Part shown: positions 1 through 13,789 of the stretch, in pieces
Numbering within the stretch: the stretch's first letter is position 1
Layout: each line of letters opens with the position of its first letter
DNA from: Takakia lepidozioides
Lineage: Eukaryota; Plantae; Bryophyta
DNA: 64,000 nucleotides
Direction of reading: 5' to 3'
Assembly (NCBI GenBank): GCA_030704615.1
Contig: CM060733.1
Span: 14,384,001 to 14,448,000 of the forward strand
The notes under the pieces: generated by a model
Told to the model about the DNA's origin: nothing
The model's database searches: none
Seen by the model: only the letters and a program-made list of their open reading frames with translations
Program-made: the position numbers and the translations under genes

Positions 1-3000
1 GGTCTTCGCTCTCAGAGTAAGTTCTCTTAGGATATCATTGCTTGCAGCATTTGTTTTCCTAAAATGATTCAGGGGTTAGCAGGTACCCTACAGTGCTAAG
101 CCATGCATGATGAAGGTTGATCAAGTGAGTTCTTTCCACACTGATTTTCTCAGGACATCCTAAATGTGTTAATCTAACTCAGATGCCACCCGTCAGATTA
201 TACAAATTGTTGTTTTGTAGCACCAGTTCACATGTTAAGGAACAAGGGTGCTGCTTTGAAGGCTCTTCGGTCTCAAGTTGCATCACACATTATGAAAGAG
301 GACCCTGCAGTGATAGCCGACCACCCTCAAGAAAGGCCAGTTGGTATAAAACTTCAGGACGCAGGCTGTGAGAAAACAGTTTGGCTTTTCTATAAATATG
401 CTGTTGTTACACCCTTCTGGTGCATTGGGCTGTAGAACTTTATGAAGCCAGTGAGGCAACCGAAATGGTTACTGTGGAGGAGAAGCAGCCACTCCGAAGA
501 CGGAAGCCAAAAGCTCAGCAAGCTGTAGAAGTTAAGACTGACAACTTTTCAGGTCCCCCAACAAAGGGAGGTAAGACTGCTTGTCACCATAGGAGTCATC
601 ATCTGAGCAATTACTTGGTGCTGAATGACTTTTTGTTAAACCTCCTTGCAGTTGAGTCTACTGTTAATTATATTGGATGTCAAGGTCGTTCATGGAGGAT
701 TTGTTTTACAGACATCCTACAATGTGGTCACCGTTGTATTGCCACACTTACGAGCCCTTCTTTGTGAAAGGTTTATCACTAGCTCACATGCTTGCCAGGG
801 TAAAAGCTTCCCTCGTAGGAGCTGGCAGACACCTCTACTAAAGACCACTATGAAACAGAAGGACTGACTGCTATCACGCAACCAGTTGATCGAGTTCAGG
901 TTGGAGGGATATCTACTAGGAGAAGAATAAATTTGGACAACTTGGAGGACACGGCCGCAGTTGTGAGGCAGAGAAGAACAACAAAGCAGAAAAAGCTATT
1001 AGAGAGGAAGGAAGAATCAATGGTAAGCTGCCCGCCCAATGTAAATGACACTGTTCACAGTTTTTCTGGTTTGGGAGGAAGGTGCCCATGCGACCACAGA
1101 AACCGAATATCCCAGGAATTGCCCACAATGCAGGCATGGACATGTCACCTATGGGCTAAATATGGGCACCAACTCTTGGCCCGTGTGCTCACCCAGGCAG
1201 GTGAGCAATTTGTTTTGGTCCATGTTCTTTTTTCAAATGTCTCCTGATTTTGCTTTGACTTGCCACTCGGTCAACAGGAGGTTTGTCTTGTGCTCAATGC
1301 AAGATCTCAATCTTGGGTAGGTGATAGTGAGTTCTTAGTTTCGATTGCATTATTTTGACAGTTTTCAAATTGAGAAAAGAAATTTGTTTGCTGACTATCA
1401 AAAGTATCCTCTCTGATGAAGTGAACTCAAGATTGGGACATCATGCCTTATTAGTAGACATGCATAGAATTGTGGCAAGGGCATTGTCATGACATGTGGA
1501 TTGTGAGGATTGAGGACTGCAGATTACATTTATGACCAGCAAGTGCTTATTTTTTCCCGGCAGCTTTCCCTAGTATCACACAACGCTAGAGGCACAGAAA
1601 CGTGAGAAAATGAATCCGATCATCCAACAATCAATAATCAAGCAGGTCATCTGGGGCAGTACTAAACCTGACCTAAAGGTCACAAAATGATAAACTGAAA
1701 GTAACAAGCATATAAAAACATGTGTCCCTCAATGTAGTAAGTTGTGACGTGTAGTAATACTATGTGCCCTACTGGTCATGACAAAGCAGGGAAGTACCAT
1801 ATGGAGTTTGGTGACTATGCTGCAGCTGATGAGATGTACCAGCAGGCCATGTGTGTTCTAGGAGTACGCCTAGAGAGCAGCCCTACCACTTTATGGTGTG
1901 ATGAGCAGCCTCGCCATCCTGCATGCACACCTGAGGAGACAATAAGAGACCAATACCCCATTGAGGAGGCAGCACTGTTGTACCATATGAGCCGGCTACA
2001 CATGCACAGAAAGAGACATATCAGGTATGTTATGCGCTGATGCCTTCACTATCACCAACTCTTCCATTGTCTTGGTGTACAGACCTTGACCCTTTGATTG
2101 AGGTAAAAGCTTTCCAAAGATCATTGTAATTAATGTATATGGATATTGAGGTTTGATTTACATTGTTGCTAGGTCTAAAGAAATTGCAGTTAATGCAGTT
2201 GAATGCAATTTTCTGACAATGTAAGAGTCTGAGGTTTCTTTTTGGAGTTGTCTATCTACACTGCGGGCCGAGTCTTCCCATCAAGAAGGTTAGAGCCCAC
2301 CTCCAACAGGGGGACAGGCTCTTATTTACGCTGGCTTCAACCAGAGTCTTCTCTCTCGAAAGATGAAGGTTACAATAGAAGTGCACCAAGGATATGGGGG
2401 TCCTGTAGATAGAGTTTGTTTCAATTTCCAACGTTTCTCAACCCTTCAGCCTTTTCCGGTCTGGATCATTTTGTTCCAGGACACTTTGGGGACAAGTCTG
2501 TATGAACTTTTATTTCCTGCAGAACAAATGACAGCAATGTTGGAGCGGTCCTGCCATTGGCATGGCTCTATCATGCCTTCTCTCTGAGCACTCAGTTGCC
2601 ACCACTGCTTAGCAAGGTACAAAGTACAGTCTGAGACACTTGTTATTTGGATTCCAGCTCATGTCGACTACTTTGCCTCCTTGTGCTTGAATGTCTACCA
2701 TAGAGCAGCATCGAATTCACAATTCAACAGGAGCATTATCTTGTATGCAGTTCAACTTACTCAGTTATTTCCACGTAATGCAGGTGGCAAGATTGTTGTC
2801 AATTTTGCATGTGTCTCCATCTGGTTGTCCAAGCCTGCATCCCAGAGACAAAGAATCTGGTTCAAATGAGCAGGCTGCATTTTTCCATCAGGTGTCATTG
2901 GGTGCAGGAATCCGGCAGCAGCATCTTTCAATTCTGGATTCAAAGATGGCCGCACTTCTTTCTGAGACTGATCAGGTAGCTGTTTGGATGTATTTATAAT

Positions 3001-6000
3001 TCAATTCCCTATTGAAAGGACAGCTAAAGATGCTCTTAAACACTGCAAATTGGAAATTGGGGATAGTTGGTCCTAGGAACGCCTGGAAAGACGGACCAGA
3101 CCTTTGGTGTTTAATTAAAAAAGCTTATGGTATGTAGTATGTATGTTTATGTGGTGTGAAAACATATTGCAGTTCTCTTTCACGATCGATTTGCAATACG
3201 CATTTTAGATCAAGGAACTCTAAATATTAGTCAGTCTTTGAGGTGCTCTAAGCGAGCAGCTCAAAGCTTTCATGCCTGACTTGTCCCAAATCCATCAGGA
3301 GGTGCAACAATCTCTTCACTCTTGTTTCAACCTTTCTGGTTTCCTACTGCAAGTATGATCTAGAATAGCTGATCAAGAGTTCATCCACTCTTTGGCAATT
3401 TTTCTCTTGATGATGGTGCAGGGGCCAGATTCTTCAATAATCCAAGCCTGCATCAAAGACATGCAACAAGCTCTCTGTGTGTTGCCCCAAGATAATAACT
3501 TGGTGGGGAATCACATCCGGGTCTCAATGAAGGGGATACCCTGTTCAACTGTTTGCTGCATAAGCCTTGTAGACAGAGAGCATGCCTGTCTGTTGGAAAG
3601 GACAGCCCTGGCTGATGCAGTTGATGGTGATGTCGCCTCAGCCTGGCTCCTGATCACGAGATTGGAGGACAACTCACGACCCATGACATTGCTATTGCCG
3701 ATGGCCCCACTTGTTGATTTTGAGGGTAGAAATTTTGAATTACATGCTTGTTTTGTGTTGTCTCTTTCAGTTGGTATACACTGGATTCCTGATGAGTTAC
3801 AGGAGTTCCTCTTTTCTCTCATTTCAGTGGAAGCTTTATTACTGAGTTGAAACTAAGCCTTTAAAGGTACAATAAGAATCATGTGCTTGGATCTTGCCAC
3901 AAACCCTTACAAAGATTACTCTTCACCTTCTGCAGACACTTGGGAGCATGGTGCTAGATGCAGTCAAGAGGGGAGCCCTTCTTGCCCATACAGCCTCAAT
4001 GACCATGAGGACCAGAAGTCTGGTGTCAAACTGGTTGCAGAAGTGGATAGCCCGAATCCCACATTAAATGGGACATGTCTGCAGACAGTTGTTTCCGAGT
4101 TTGGAGCAATCATGGAAGAAAGTCGCCAGTCAACTTCAAGAGATTTGCACATCACTACGAATGAGGAGAAGAGTCAATGGTGGCGGTGGCGAATGCAACT
4201 GGATGCCCGCCTTGCCTCTCTGCTCAGGTTTGGCCCTAAAGTGATCAGGATGCAAGAAAGTGAGATACAAGGGTTGGTACCATAGGGAAGGAATGTCCTC
4301 ACACAAAGCCTGGTGGCTATAGACAGTTGTGAGTGAACCGATAAAATGGGGCAGGTCATGCATGGGAGAAAGGAAACAGAGACCACAAATAGGTGGATGT
4401 AGATGTCAATATACAGTTAGGAACATGAAGAAAAGGGGGGGAAGGGGACAGAAGCATGGGTCAGGCAGTCTATTCTTGCAAGACTTTTCTCATCTGATCT
4501 GTCTCTGTTGTCTGCTTACTAAATACACCATTCCTTGGCTGTTGTCATCCCCAAAGGACAATGGAGGAGTCCTGGCTGGGGCCCTGGAAATGCATACTGC
4601 TAGGCGAGCCTACCTCCACAACTGTCATGGAAGCTTTTCAACACAATGCTAAGGAGCTTTGCAATATGCTTAGACAAGAGGATGTGGTCGGCACGACTAT
4701 TGACGAAAATCTCTTGCGTTTGCTGTTGCAAGGGGTGGGAACCCTCAGTACTGATGAGCTTGAGGCAGGCATTTCTCGGATGCTGGGGTTCACAGAGACT
4801 CTCTCTACTGCACAGTGGCCCCTATTTCATGGATTCCGTGCTCATTCTACTGCTGAGTGTCATTGTACAGACAAGAATCCCGCGAAAGGAGACAAAGTAG
4901 CACGTCAGCAGTTGATCTCTGAGGCTGCCAAAGCGTTTACTGTGGCATACAAAGCATCTGCCAGGGCAGACAGAAGCGACAGTCGGGTAGGTGTGAAGGA
5001 TATCAGAAGAGGGAGGAAGCAAACCCGCTTCACTGTTTCCAAAGAGGCAACTTTGGAGACAGCATCTACGAAGAGTGGCGAAACTGAAAGTGTGGACACT
5101 GTTACTGTTGAGAGGCAAGCTGTCATGCTCATTCTGGATGCAAACCTGCAGGTGTGTGGACACCCATCATTTCTTGAAATGGGCAAACCCCTATTCCACT
5201 GTTTCTAGATTTGTCTTTTGGATGGACTCTTGATTATTCTGTTACAAATTGGCTTTATAACATTGACCCTCCAGGAGTATTTAGCTTAATAAGACTCATG
5301 GACATGCTTATGCTATGCATAAGCACTTGTGTGTGATCACAAAGGTGTAACAACATGATGTGTATACATCTTGTCATCTGTGGAAATTCACAATATCAAG
5401 AGCACATGTTTCCTTCATGTTTGCAGACTTTACCATGGGAGAGTCTTCCAGTCCTGCGCAGGTATGAGATGTACCGTATGCCATCAGTGGGTAGCATCCA
5501 TGCCCTCGCCATCCACCAACAGTATGCTGCCTCTTCTAGCAATCTGGAATCGCAGTCACAGCTCTCTTCTTTGGGTGATAGCCAACACCCATCGCAGCAA
5601 GAAGGCTCTATTGCCCAATTTGGCACCCAGCAAGGTTTGGTGATGCCCAGAGAAGTTGCTGAGATGGCATGTGTGGATCCTCACAACACATTCTACTTAT
5701 TGAATCCAAGTGGGGATCTTGGAACGACCCAGGAGGCCTTCGAGGATTGGTTTAAGCAGCAGCAGGGATGGGAGGTATTTCACTTGACAGTGCATGCCAT
5801 GTTTCAAGGGATACAGTCCATGACGTGCACCTGTCTGGTTATTGTTTCTTGTAGCTAGCTTTCAAGTGGCAGTGCTGTCATACTGTGGGTGGTTCCAGAT
5901 TCAGATCAACATGGACCTGGCCAGAAGTGGATGTTGAGAAAATAACCACTTTTCTAATTGCAAATGCTGTCCAAAGTATGAGCTATGCTGTGTAAGTCAG

Positions 6001-7091
6001 ATCAGCTCATAAGTCTCATGAGTTTGTATGCTCTGTAAACATCCGGTGCAGGGGAAAACTGGTGAAGTCCCAACAGTCGAGGAGTACGTAAAAGGTCTCC
6101 AGAATCATGACCTCTTTCTCTATCTTGGGCATGGCAGTGGTAATGTACCTCCTTTATCTTCCAATTCCACCTTTTCCTGCAGTACGTCATAAGTTGAGGG
6201 AGGAGATAAGGGCAACTCAACAATGTAGCCAGTGCTTAGCAGGCAGACAAGGAGACAGAGTAGTGTACATGAACTTGAACAGACCTGTCCCTTGTAGACT
6301 GGTTGAAACAAAGACCTGTAATGAGGGTACTTGGGCCCCATTCAGTATGCATGGTGCCTGTCAACAATCTGATGCAGGCCCCTGGTAGGATCAAGCGTCT
6401 GTAACTATGTATTACAATTATGTTTCCTCAGGCAACTGAAAACCACATTGGGGAACTGCTTAAGTCGTCTATGTGCATGGTCACAACTGAAAGCCTAATA
6501 GTTTTGTGAGTTTTGAAAACAGGGGATCAATATCTGTCCGAGAAGTACATTCGTCGATTGGACCGGTGTGCAGCTGCATTGCTGATGGGCTGTAGCAGTG
6601 GCCGCCTCTCTCCAAGGGGTGACTATGAACCTGTTGGAGTTCCTCTCTCCTATCTGATGGCTGGCTGCCCTGGTGCCGTTGCCAATCTGTGGGATGTCAC
6701 TGATGGTGACATTGATAGGTTCAGCAGGTTACTTCTGCACAAGTGGCTGGACTCCACCAATCTGAACCAAGCAGTTCTTGGGAATGAACATACACTGCCG
6801 TTGACATCTGCTGATCCTGAAGAGGAAATGGAGATGTCAAGGAAAGAGTATAGGGAGGCTGCAGGATCTCGTCATGGAAGGAAAAATGAAAATTACGAGA
6901 GGAAGGTCAAGAATGAGAGCAGGCGAGCAGAAGGTCATCTCTCCAAAATGGGAGGGGTTGTGCAAAGCATGGGCTCTTCCATTGGGGAAGCAAGGGATGC
7001 TTGCCGGTTGCCTCACTTGATTGGTGCTTCACCTGTGTATTATGGTGTGCCCACAAGCATCACAAGGAAGGGGGGGATTCAGGGGATTTAA
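1..7091 (+). CDS. ESP1: Separase (peptidase C50), 3' portion of a multi-exon gene; 5' part lies upstream of the window
   Basis: Exon translations include QWWRWRMQLDARL (~4180), MEESWLGPWKCILLG (4561), LILDANLQ|TLPWESLPVLRRYEMYRMPS, FYLLNPSGDLGTTQ, catalytic His exon FLYLGHGSG (~6115-6140) and catalytic Cys LLMGCSSG...VANLWDVTDGDIDRF...IGASPVYYGVP in the last exon (6523-7091). GT/AG junctions flank these blocks. Exon boundaries before ~3300 were not fully resolved. Confidence 0.95.
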
Positions 7092-8580
7092 CACCAAACT
7101 ACTGCTGTCATTCATTATGCCAAGCAGGTCCAGAGAACTGACCAACACAAGCAAACCAGTAAGTAGACATGTCTAATTATTTGATTTGGACTAGGGATAA
7201 ATTAAAGCACTTGAGGAGGCACAGAACTTAGCTCTCTTAAGTTGTCTTTTGGAGGTTAGTAAGACGGCAATTTGTACAGCTGATTGGAAAGTTCAAACTT
7301 CAAAGGATTTTTGGGCAAAACAGGAAAAAAATAAAAGTGCTGTTCATGAGCTCTGTTGCAATTCAACATCCTTATTGACCCAAATTGGTGGTTCTTTACA
7401 CATCTTTCAGAGAATTTTGCAAACGGCGGTTCTCTGTTAGTTTCCTTCCTCTTGGCTGCTACATTGTGGAGATATACTTATGTTTCCAAAACCACTGCAG
7501 GCTCCATTTGCAGTCGAATTCAATATCCACTTTTGATTTTTTTTAACTTCGGCCATCTAGAATGTGCACTTCTCCCTGATTTAGTAATGGAACATGAGGG
7601 ATTCTGTTTCATAACAGTGTTTATTGAATAGAAAGTAACCCACATCAGGCCTTCTGAAAACCTTTACAGTGTGACCACAAGGCCTTGTTTACTCTAAAAT
7701 TTACCCTTGATATTGGACATTCAGTTGTGGTGAGTCTAGTCTCTAGTCTGGTGCAACCAAATGATCTGCAGACTGCCTAGAGTAAGCTGTGGCTGTGGAG
7801 ATGACACCTACTTTAAACAGCATAAGAAGATTTGATGGGGAGGAACACTGTTTCACTAGGAACAGAAATTGAAGGCCATCTCCAGAGAATGACTGAAGTT
7901 GTGTGGAGTTGCCAAGCAGGATATTTCATATTGTGTTGCAGTGTGTACATTAGAATTGCTGTCTTCTCCCAGATCACTCAAGGAATGTGCACGAGACTCA
8001 GTGAACCCCATTGAAACAAAACAGCCTGGACCTCACCCAAGTCACCATAGCCCAAGATGAACTTGGTGCCAATCTCTCAAGCTCCCCCTCGTGACTAAAT
8101 TGAACGGTGATCACTGAAACCTGTTAAAGTGTTACACAGTCCTGTTCCTTCCGTTGGTATACTGATCAAATTTCAACCTAATTTAGAGTGGAAGTTTGAA
8201 TCCAACACATAAGAGTTACACCTCTTTCAGTATCTGTGTGAGAAACTAGCTGATAACAGTATGTCAAATTCAGAAGGTCAAAGGAAGGCCTTCCTTCTGA
8301 AATCAGACAGTTCCTCCATTTTGGTTGCTTTGATTTCTCTGCCTGCTGGTTCTACAGGGATGCAGCACTAGTGTCATTCGCTAGTTGATTTGAAGCTAAA
8401 CAGTCTTCTGGTTTAAGCCCAGCTTGATGTTCTCGAAAGTCACTCACCAAACCCTGGACTTCCATGTCATCCATGAATATAATTCCTTTTTCATTTATGG
8501 CCAGATTTACATGCCTTAGAGGTCCCCCCTTCTACTCCTGCAGGTGAAAAACCAACTTCACAAATGATGTCACTGTACAG

Positions 8581-9814
8581 CTATAAATACATGGCACCTG
8601 CTACTCCGACAACAGGGCCAACCAATGGAGTGGGCACTTGCGAATTGACAAGGGCTCCAATGGGAGCTCCAAGCAATGGGATCCGACTGATCGCCCTCTT
8701 GGTCATATGAACCACCAAATTTCCCCCAAGCATGAAAAGACCGAGTCGTCTGTCAAGTGCAACATATTTCAAGGTTACCCGCGCAAACCTCTCAAACTGC
8801 TTGGCTCCAAGCACTTGATGGTCAAGAGAGAGAGTTGGGTCACCTTTCACTGCAGCATGGATATCATCTTCTGTGACTGTTCGCAACATAAGTTTTCCAG
8901 CTTTTTGGGTCCAAGTCCTCAGTAATTCTCTGCAGATAAACGACCACAATTACAATGTGTCAGACTCTGGAATCTGGCAGTAAGAGGTGGACTTGACTGT
9001 GTTGGTCAAGAAAGACTTTTGCCAGAGCCATTTAACATGAGAGAGTGGACAGCCCCAACTTCGGCAGGGCTATGAGTATATGACTGTAAAACCGACTGAA
9101 GACTTCACAAGGAAATGTACTGAAGCTATGACAGCTGGGACCTTTCGTAGGCCACGTCTGAGAAGGAAAATACTCTTGATTCGGTTTCCAAGTGCATTTG
9201 ATCCGGAACATACTTATTACAGAGAAAGATCACACCAAGTGTGCTTAGAACAGTATGCATTGGAACTCAGGCACAGAACCACTTTCTAACACGGAGGATA
9301 AGGAGGAGTATCACAGCCAGGCCAACGCGCATCCCTCACAATTCCATCTCCGTTTAATTGATACAAAAACAGGGATAGAATCATAAACTCAGCTGCCAAA
9401 AGTGCATTCACTCGGCACCGCATTCGTAGCGGAGAAATGCCCGACAAGGAGAGAAAGGGTACTAGTCTTACCCTGCTTGCCGAAACTTGTGTACAGCAGA
9501 GGGATAGAGAGAGATCTTGAGGGGACAACTTCAACTCAAGAGACACATACCTGGAGGAAGTGTTGCAGGGCTGGCAACAGCAGCGAGCGGGGGAGAGCCG
9601 ATGAAGGCGGCGGTAGCTGAAATCTGACAAAGGCAGCGTGCACAGCACTCTTGAAGCGCAGCGACTCATCAAACAATCGATCCACACTCTGCGCAATGCC
9701 GTTCATGGACGGCGTCCCTGTTCCGTGCCATTCCAAGTCTTCGGGAGGTGGATCCCTGTTGGGCTTGGTGGGCGACCCAGAACGGGGCTGCCCTGTGGCC
9801 ATCTCTGCCTGCAT
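8581..9814 (-). CDS. Uncharacterised small protein with C-terminal Gly-rich hydrophobic segment (spliced)
   Basis: Exon from 9814 ends CAG|GTATGT (~9551). Last exon begins after TGCAG (~8930) and ends ...IPLLGAPIGALVNSQVPTPLVGPVVGVAGAMYL*. The phases do not join directly, so a middle exon is needed and was not identified. Confidence 0.6.
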
Positions 9815-10147
9815 GTGCTTTACTCACATTACTTCATTCACTCACAGAGCTGGTATGGTTTGAGGAAAGCACACCAAAACACCTCATAATGGGGCCACTT
9901 GACTTCTAGAACCAAGACCAAGAAACATCCAGACCAATTTGAAGCCTGATATTGGACCAAGACCAAGAAAAAGCAATTGAGATTTATAGATGGGGAGCTT
10001 AGCTCTTCATTTCATTTCTTGTGAGCTCTAGCACCATAGGAGTGAAGACATAAGATCTTGGGTGCACTAAGTAGTATAGAGTGATCTGGATATATCAATC
10101 CGAAGACAGAAAAAACGAAAGAAGCTTTGCGACGTCCGCAGGGATAC

Positions 10148-11262
10148 CAGTGCAGGATCCAGATCCCGCAGCTATTTGATATCCGACTATTATTTATATC
10201 CGGCGAATACATAATATAGAGGATCCGGATAGGATTCTACCCGCCGGATATGAATAGGATTAATAACCGGATTGTATCCAGATATGTAGCCAAAATACCG
10301 GATCTCAACCAGATATAAGAAGGGTTAAGAAATATATATATATATCTATATATTCATTAAAAATATTAATATTAATATTTTGTTTTCAGTGGAATTATTT
10401 AAGCCTCTCATTTTTTAATAATAGGGTCATGAATACACGGGCGGGCCCCGCCTGTACGGCCCTTGGGGTGAGCTCATAAGCCCACCGCCCATTCATCGGG
10501 TCGGCCAGCCAGATTCTGAAATTTTTCTAAGTCCTTGTTCATCTACCGTGGCGGACCTTCTAGCGGACCGGGCAGACCCTCCAACACTCTAACCTTCTAG
10601 AAGAAGGACCCTCCTCCATCATACCGGCACCCCTCCAGGGGACCGGGGAGACCCCCCCCCCCTCCGGCAGACCGGCAGACCTTTTGTCTAAATATATACG
10701 TTACTGCCGCCAGGATTTGGACACCACACCTTGTGTTTATTATTCATTGCTCTTTACCACCACACTACCCGCCACTTTCTACAAATGTTTGCAATAACTA
10801 ATGCTTTATGTGCATATTGTGGGCCCCAGCAGACTAACTCATGTGTTTTGTTGGCCCCAGCAAGCTGTCAGACCCTGTAGCAAACAGGCCGAGTCCGGGT
10901 AGGGGGGCTCCTACCCTCTGCCACACGCGGGCCCCGCCGTAGCCACACGCGGCGGGCATTCATGACCCTATTATTGTTAAATGAGAAGCATTATTTAATT
11001 TGATTAAATTAAAAAATTAAAAAAAAAACTTATTTTTATAATCATATATCCGGATTACTTTATCACCGCTGGATATTATAATCTAAATATCTGGACTTAT
11101 TTATGTCCGGCCAATTTTAAAAAACTTCTACTATGCATAACCGGTGGATATTAGAAATGCAGATTATTCTAATATCCGGATCCGCAGGATATATCATTCT
11201 CTGATTTGTCAAGTATCCGGATTCGGCGGATATTAAGAGAAACTAAGAACCGCCCAACACTG
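10148..11262. mobile_element. Non-autonomous hAT element; right TIR intact, left end degenerate
   Basis: Right end AACCGCCCAACACTG (11248-11262) is identical to the right TIR of the hAT at 55152-55166 and is followed by GTTTAAAC. Dense ATCCGG/CCGGAT subterminal motifs on both sides. Left end shows only CAGTG (10148) with no matching TSD. Confidence 0.75.
10403..10989. mobile_element. Mutator-like (MULE) MITE nested in the hAT MITE
   Basis: TIRs GCCTCTCATTTTTTAATAATAGGGTCATGAAT / ATTCATGACCCTATTATTGTTAAATGAGAAGC; perfect 9-bp TSD ATTATTTAA at 10394-10402 and 10990-10998. Confidence 0.88.
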
Positions 11263-12952
11263 GTTTAAACCATGGCGATCAGGCATGTCATTGCAAACTT
11301 GTTGCAGTTATTAACGGGCTCTCCACCAACATCATATCTAATGAGCTCTAAACTCGTAATGGAGCACTTTGTGAGCTTAAGACCGAGGGTGAGGACTCTA
11401 TGGATGCACAAGAGGGTGGTTGTTTCATGAAGAAGCAGCTACTAAGAATCTTTTCGGAAAAGAGGTACTATATTAAGCTATATAACTTTTGAGTTCTTAT
11501 GCAACATTGTCGGAGAACCAATCAAACAAATGAAGATGTTACAAAATTCTCCAATGGATGATGATAAAACAGAAGAGGTGAATTTTGATGAATACAAAGA
11601 AGATGAGGGAAAGACAAAAACTACCTATGAAAGAGCTACAATGAAAAAAGTCAAAGAAGACAAATTCAGAATATGGTGGTAGAGACAGTATCAACACATG
11701 AATTTTTGGTAAAAATCATTTTATAGAGCCAAATTGAAGGAGGAATCAAAGTGTGGTTTTCCCTAGTATGGTGTAGTAGACAGAAGGGTAGGGGCAGCAG
11801 ACAGAGGGCCAGATAGGGGTGTCTATCAATATGATGATTCGACCTTTGGGTCCACGTTTACAGTCAGTGCCGCAAGACTCTACATGATCCCTTTATTTGG
11901 AGTTTGTTGCTTCACAGGAGGAGCTCAATACTATATCGTGTCAAAATAAACAAACACAGTGTGAAACTAACTACAATAAATCTAGTTATTTGTATTTAAC
12001 ACTTGGAATTAATTCAAAGTATTAAGTTAGGTGCCAAGTTTAGCTTGACACCTGAACTATCTTATCTTCACGAGCTCGTCAGTCATGCGGCTCATATATC
12101 TCGAATTGAGCCTGCACGACCGAGCTCCCTCGTTGTTTAGCATCCGAGTGTACTTATGGAGGGAGAGTAGGATGTTGTTGGGTGGAGTCCCCATAGCTTG
12201 GGGTGCCCCTGGCCCGACTCTTATTTTAACGAGTGATTGTGTTGTATTTCGTGTTTCTGTGTCATTAGACAATGTGAGTTTATTTTTCATATCACTCGAA
12301 AGAGATGATCTCTTACCTGTGAGTGCAAGGTAGGAGTTGAGGGTTAGCACTTATATGATTACCTGTGTGTAAGTAGTGTTTAGTTTGAAAAGCTTTAAAA
12401 ATAAAAATAAAAAAAACAAAAAAACATATAGGTTTTGATTATCTCTGGTTTCTGAGTATACAGATGGTCATGGGAAGCAGAGCGATGGGAGGAGGGCTCC
12501 TGGTTTTGGTTGGTTGTGACAGTAAGAACTCAAACTCATTTTGAATATATGTATGGTGTGTGAGTAGTGAAGGCCGAATGAGAAGCGGTTGTCGTGCTTA
12601 TGGGTCAGCTTGGCAAGGACGCCGAGAGGATGGCCATGAGAGGATGTAGGTCTACCATGCCACATCACACTGTGAGCCGGTGGATAAACACGGTATTGGC
12701 ATGGGCATAGGCAAGGCAAGACAAGTTTCCGTTTTGGCGTGAGCAGTTGCTTGCAAAGTCTCGTATTGTGTCAGTTCGTATTACAAGAGAAGATGACACG
12801 GCAAAGTAGGAGTGTTGATGGCCACAGGCAGCTACCACAGTTTTTTTTTTCCGACATACCTGATCAGTCTCATAGTTGGATTTGGTGTATGCTAAAATAT
12901 CCATCCGTCGATATTGGGAATAGTGACTAGGTGGTGAGCTGTTAGCTTTGCC

Positions 12953-13127
12953 ATGGTTAAGGACGGGAAGATCAAGTCTAGTCTGGAGCAGATATACCTC
13001 TTCTCGCTGTCCATCAATGAGCACCAAATTGTGGACTTCCTGGGAGCTGCCGAAGTCACTGATAAAAAAAAAAAATTTGTAACATAGATGTATATGCCGA
13101 TGCAGAAGCAAACCAGGCCGTGGCAAC
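12953..13127 (+). pseudogene. RPS2: Fragment of 40S ribosomal protein S2 (uS5)
   Basis: Translates with a frameshift to MVKDGKIKS/LEQIYLFSLSINEHQIVDFLG...MPMQKQTR, matching the uS5 motif LVKxGKIKSLEEIYLxSLPIKEHQIVD...IMPVQKQTRAG. No flanking exons. Confidence 0.85.
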
Positions 13128-13579
13128 ATTCTAGAGTTGGTCGATTAGTGAAGCGGCTGGCTGCAGCCGCCAAGCACCCTACGTCACATTTTCTTGGTCT
13201 TGGGGAAATAGTTTAAGAGATTCCCACCAACTTGGCAAACTCCCTGGAGGTTGTTCCTGTCGATACATAATAGTATTTTGAAATGGAGAACCAGGTCAAG
13301 CCGAGCCGAGGATCGTTGTGGCATGGATATTATTTCTGCTGCAGCTCAGTTTGCTCTAAGATGGCATTGTAGCTTGCTAGGGTTATGCAAGCTTGTGTAT
13401 GAGAGCATGGGTAGGTTCTGAGTTACACAGGTGGGCCGTTTAACAAGGCGGCAGCCAGCCAACAGCTTATTGCACCCCCTGGGTTCCCGCAAGAAAACAA
13501 AGTTCTATGCAACGTTGCGATTTTTGGTAATGATCAGTGGATAAAATCGCTGTTAGAAGAAGCGTTGATAAGACATAAT

Positions 13580-13732
13580 TGGGGGGAAGAGGTTACTTAT
13601 GTGCCAGGATTTGCCAACTATGTTTTGGACAACCCCAGCCTGCACATGAAGGCCTATGATGCTTCAGGCATTGATGATGAAGAACTGGCTGATGAGGCTG
13701 TGGAGTTTTTCTCAGATGATGAGCAAATCAGG
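13580..13732 (+). pseudogene. NAF1: Fragment of H/ACA RNP assembly factor NAF1
   Basis: VTYVPGFANYVLDNPSLHMKAYDASGIDDEELADEAVEFFSDDEQ matches the NAF1 post-Gar1-domain motif (KGYDAS...DEE...EFSDDE). Isolated, no other exons. Confidence 0.8.
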
Positions 13733-13789
13733 CTACCAAGCGGCTAAGAACAATAAAAGTTAAAGACTCTCACGCAGGCCTTATTCAGT

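Noticed and set aside
11826-11890. C/D snoRNA candidate (ATGATGA box C)
   Set aside because: No terminal CTGA box D or closing stem.
12032-12349. Possible solo LTR (TGCCAA...TTAGCA)
   Set aside because: No TSD, PBS/PPT or second copy.
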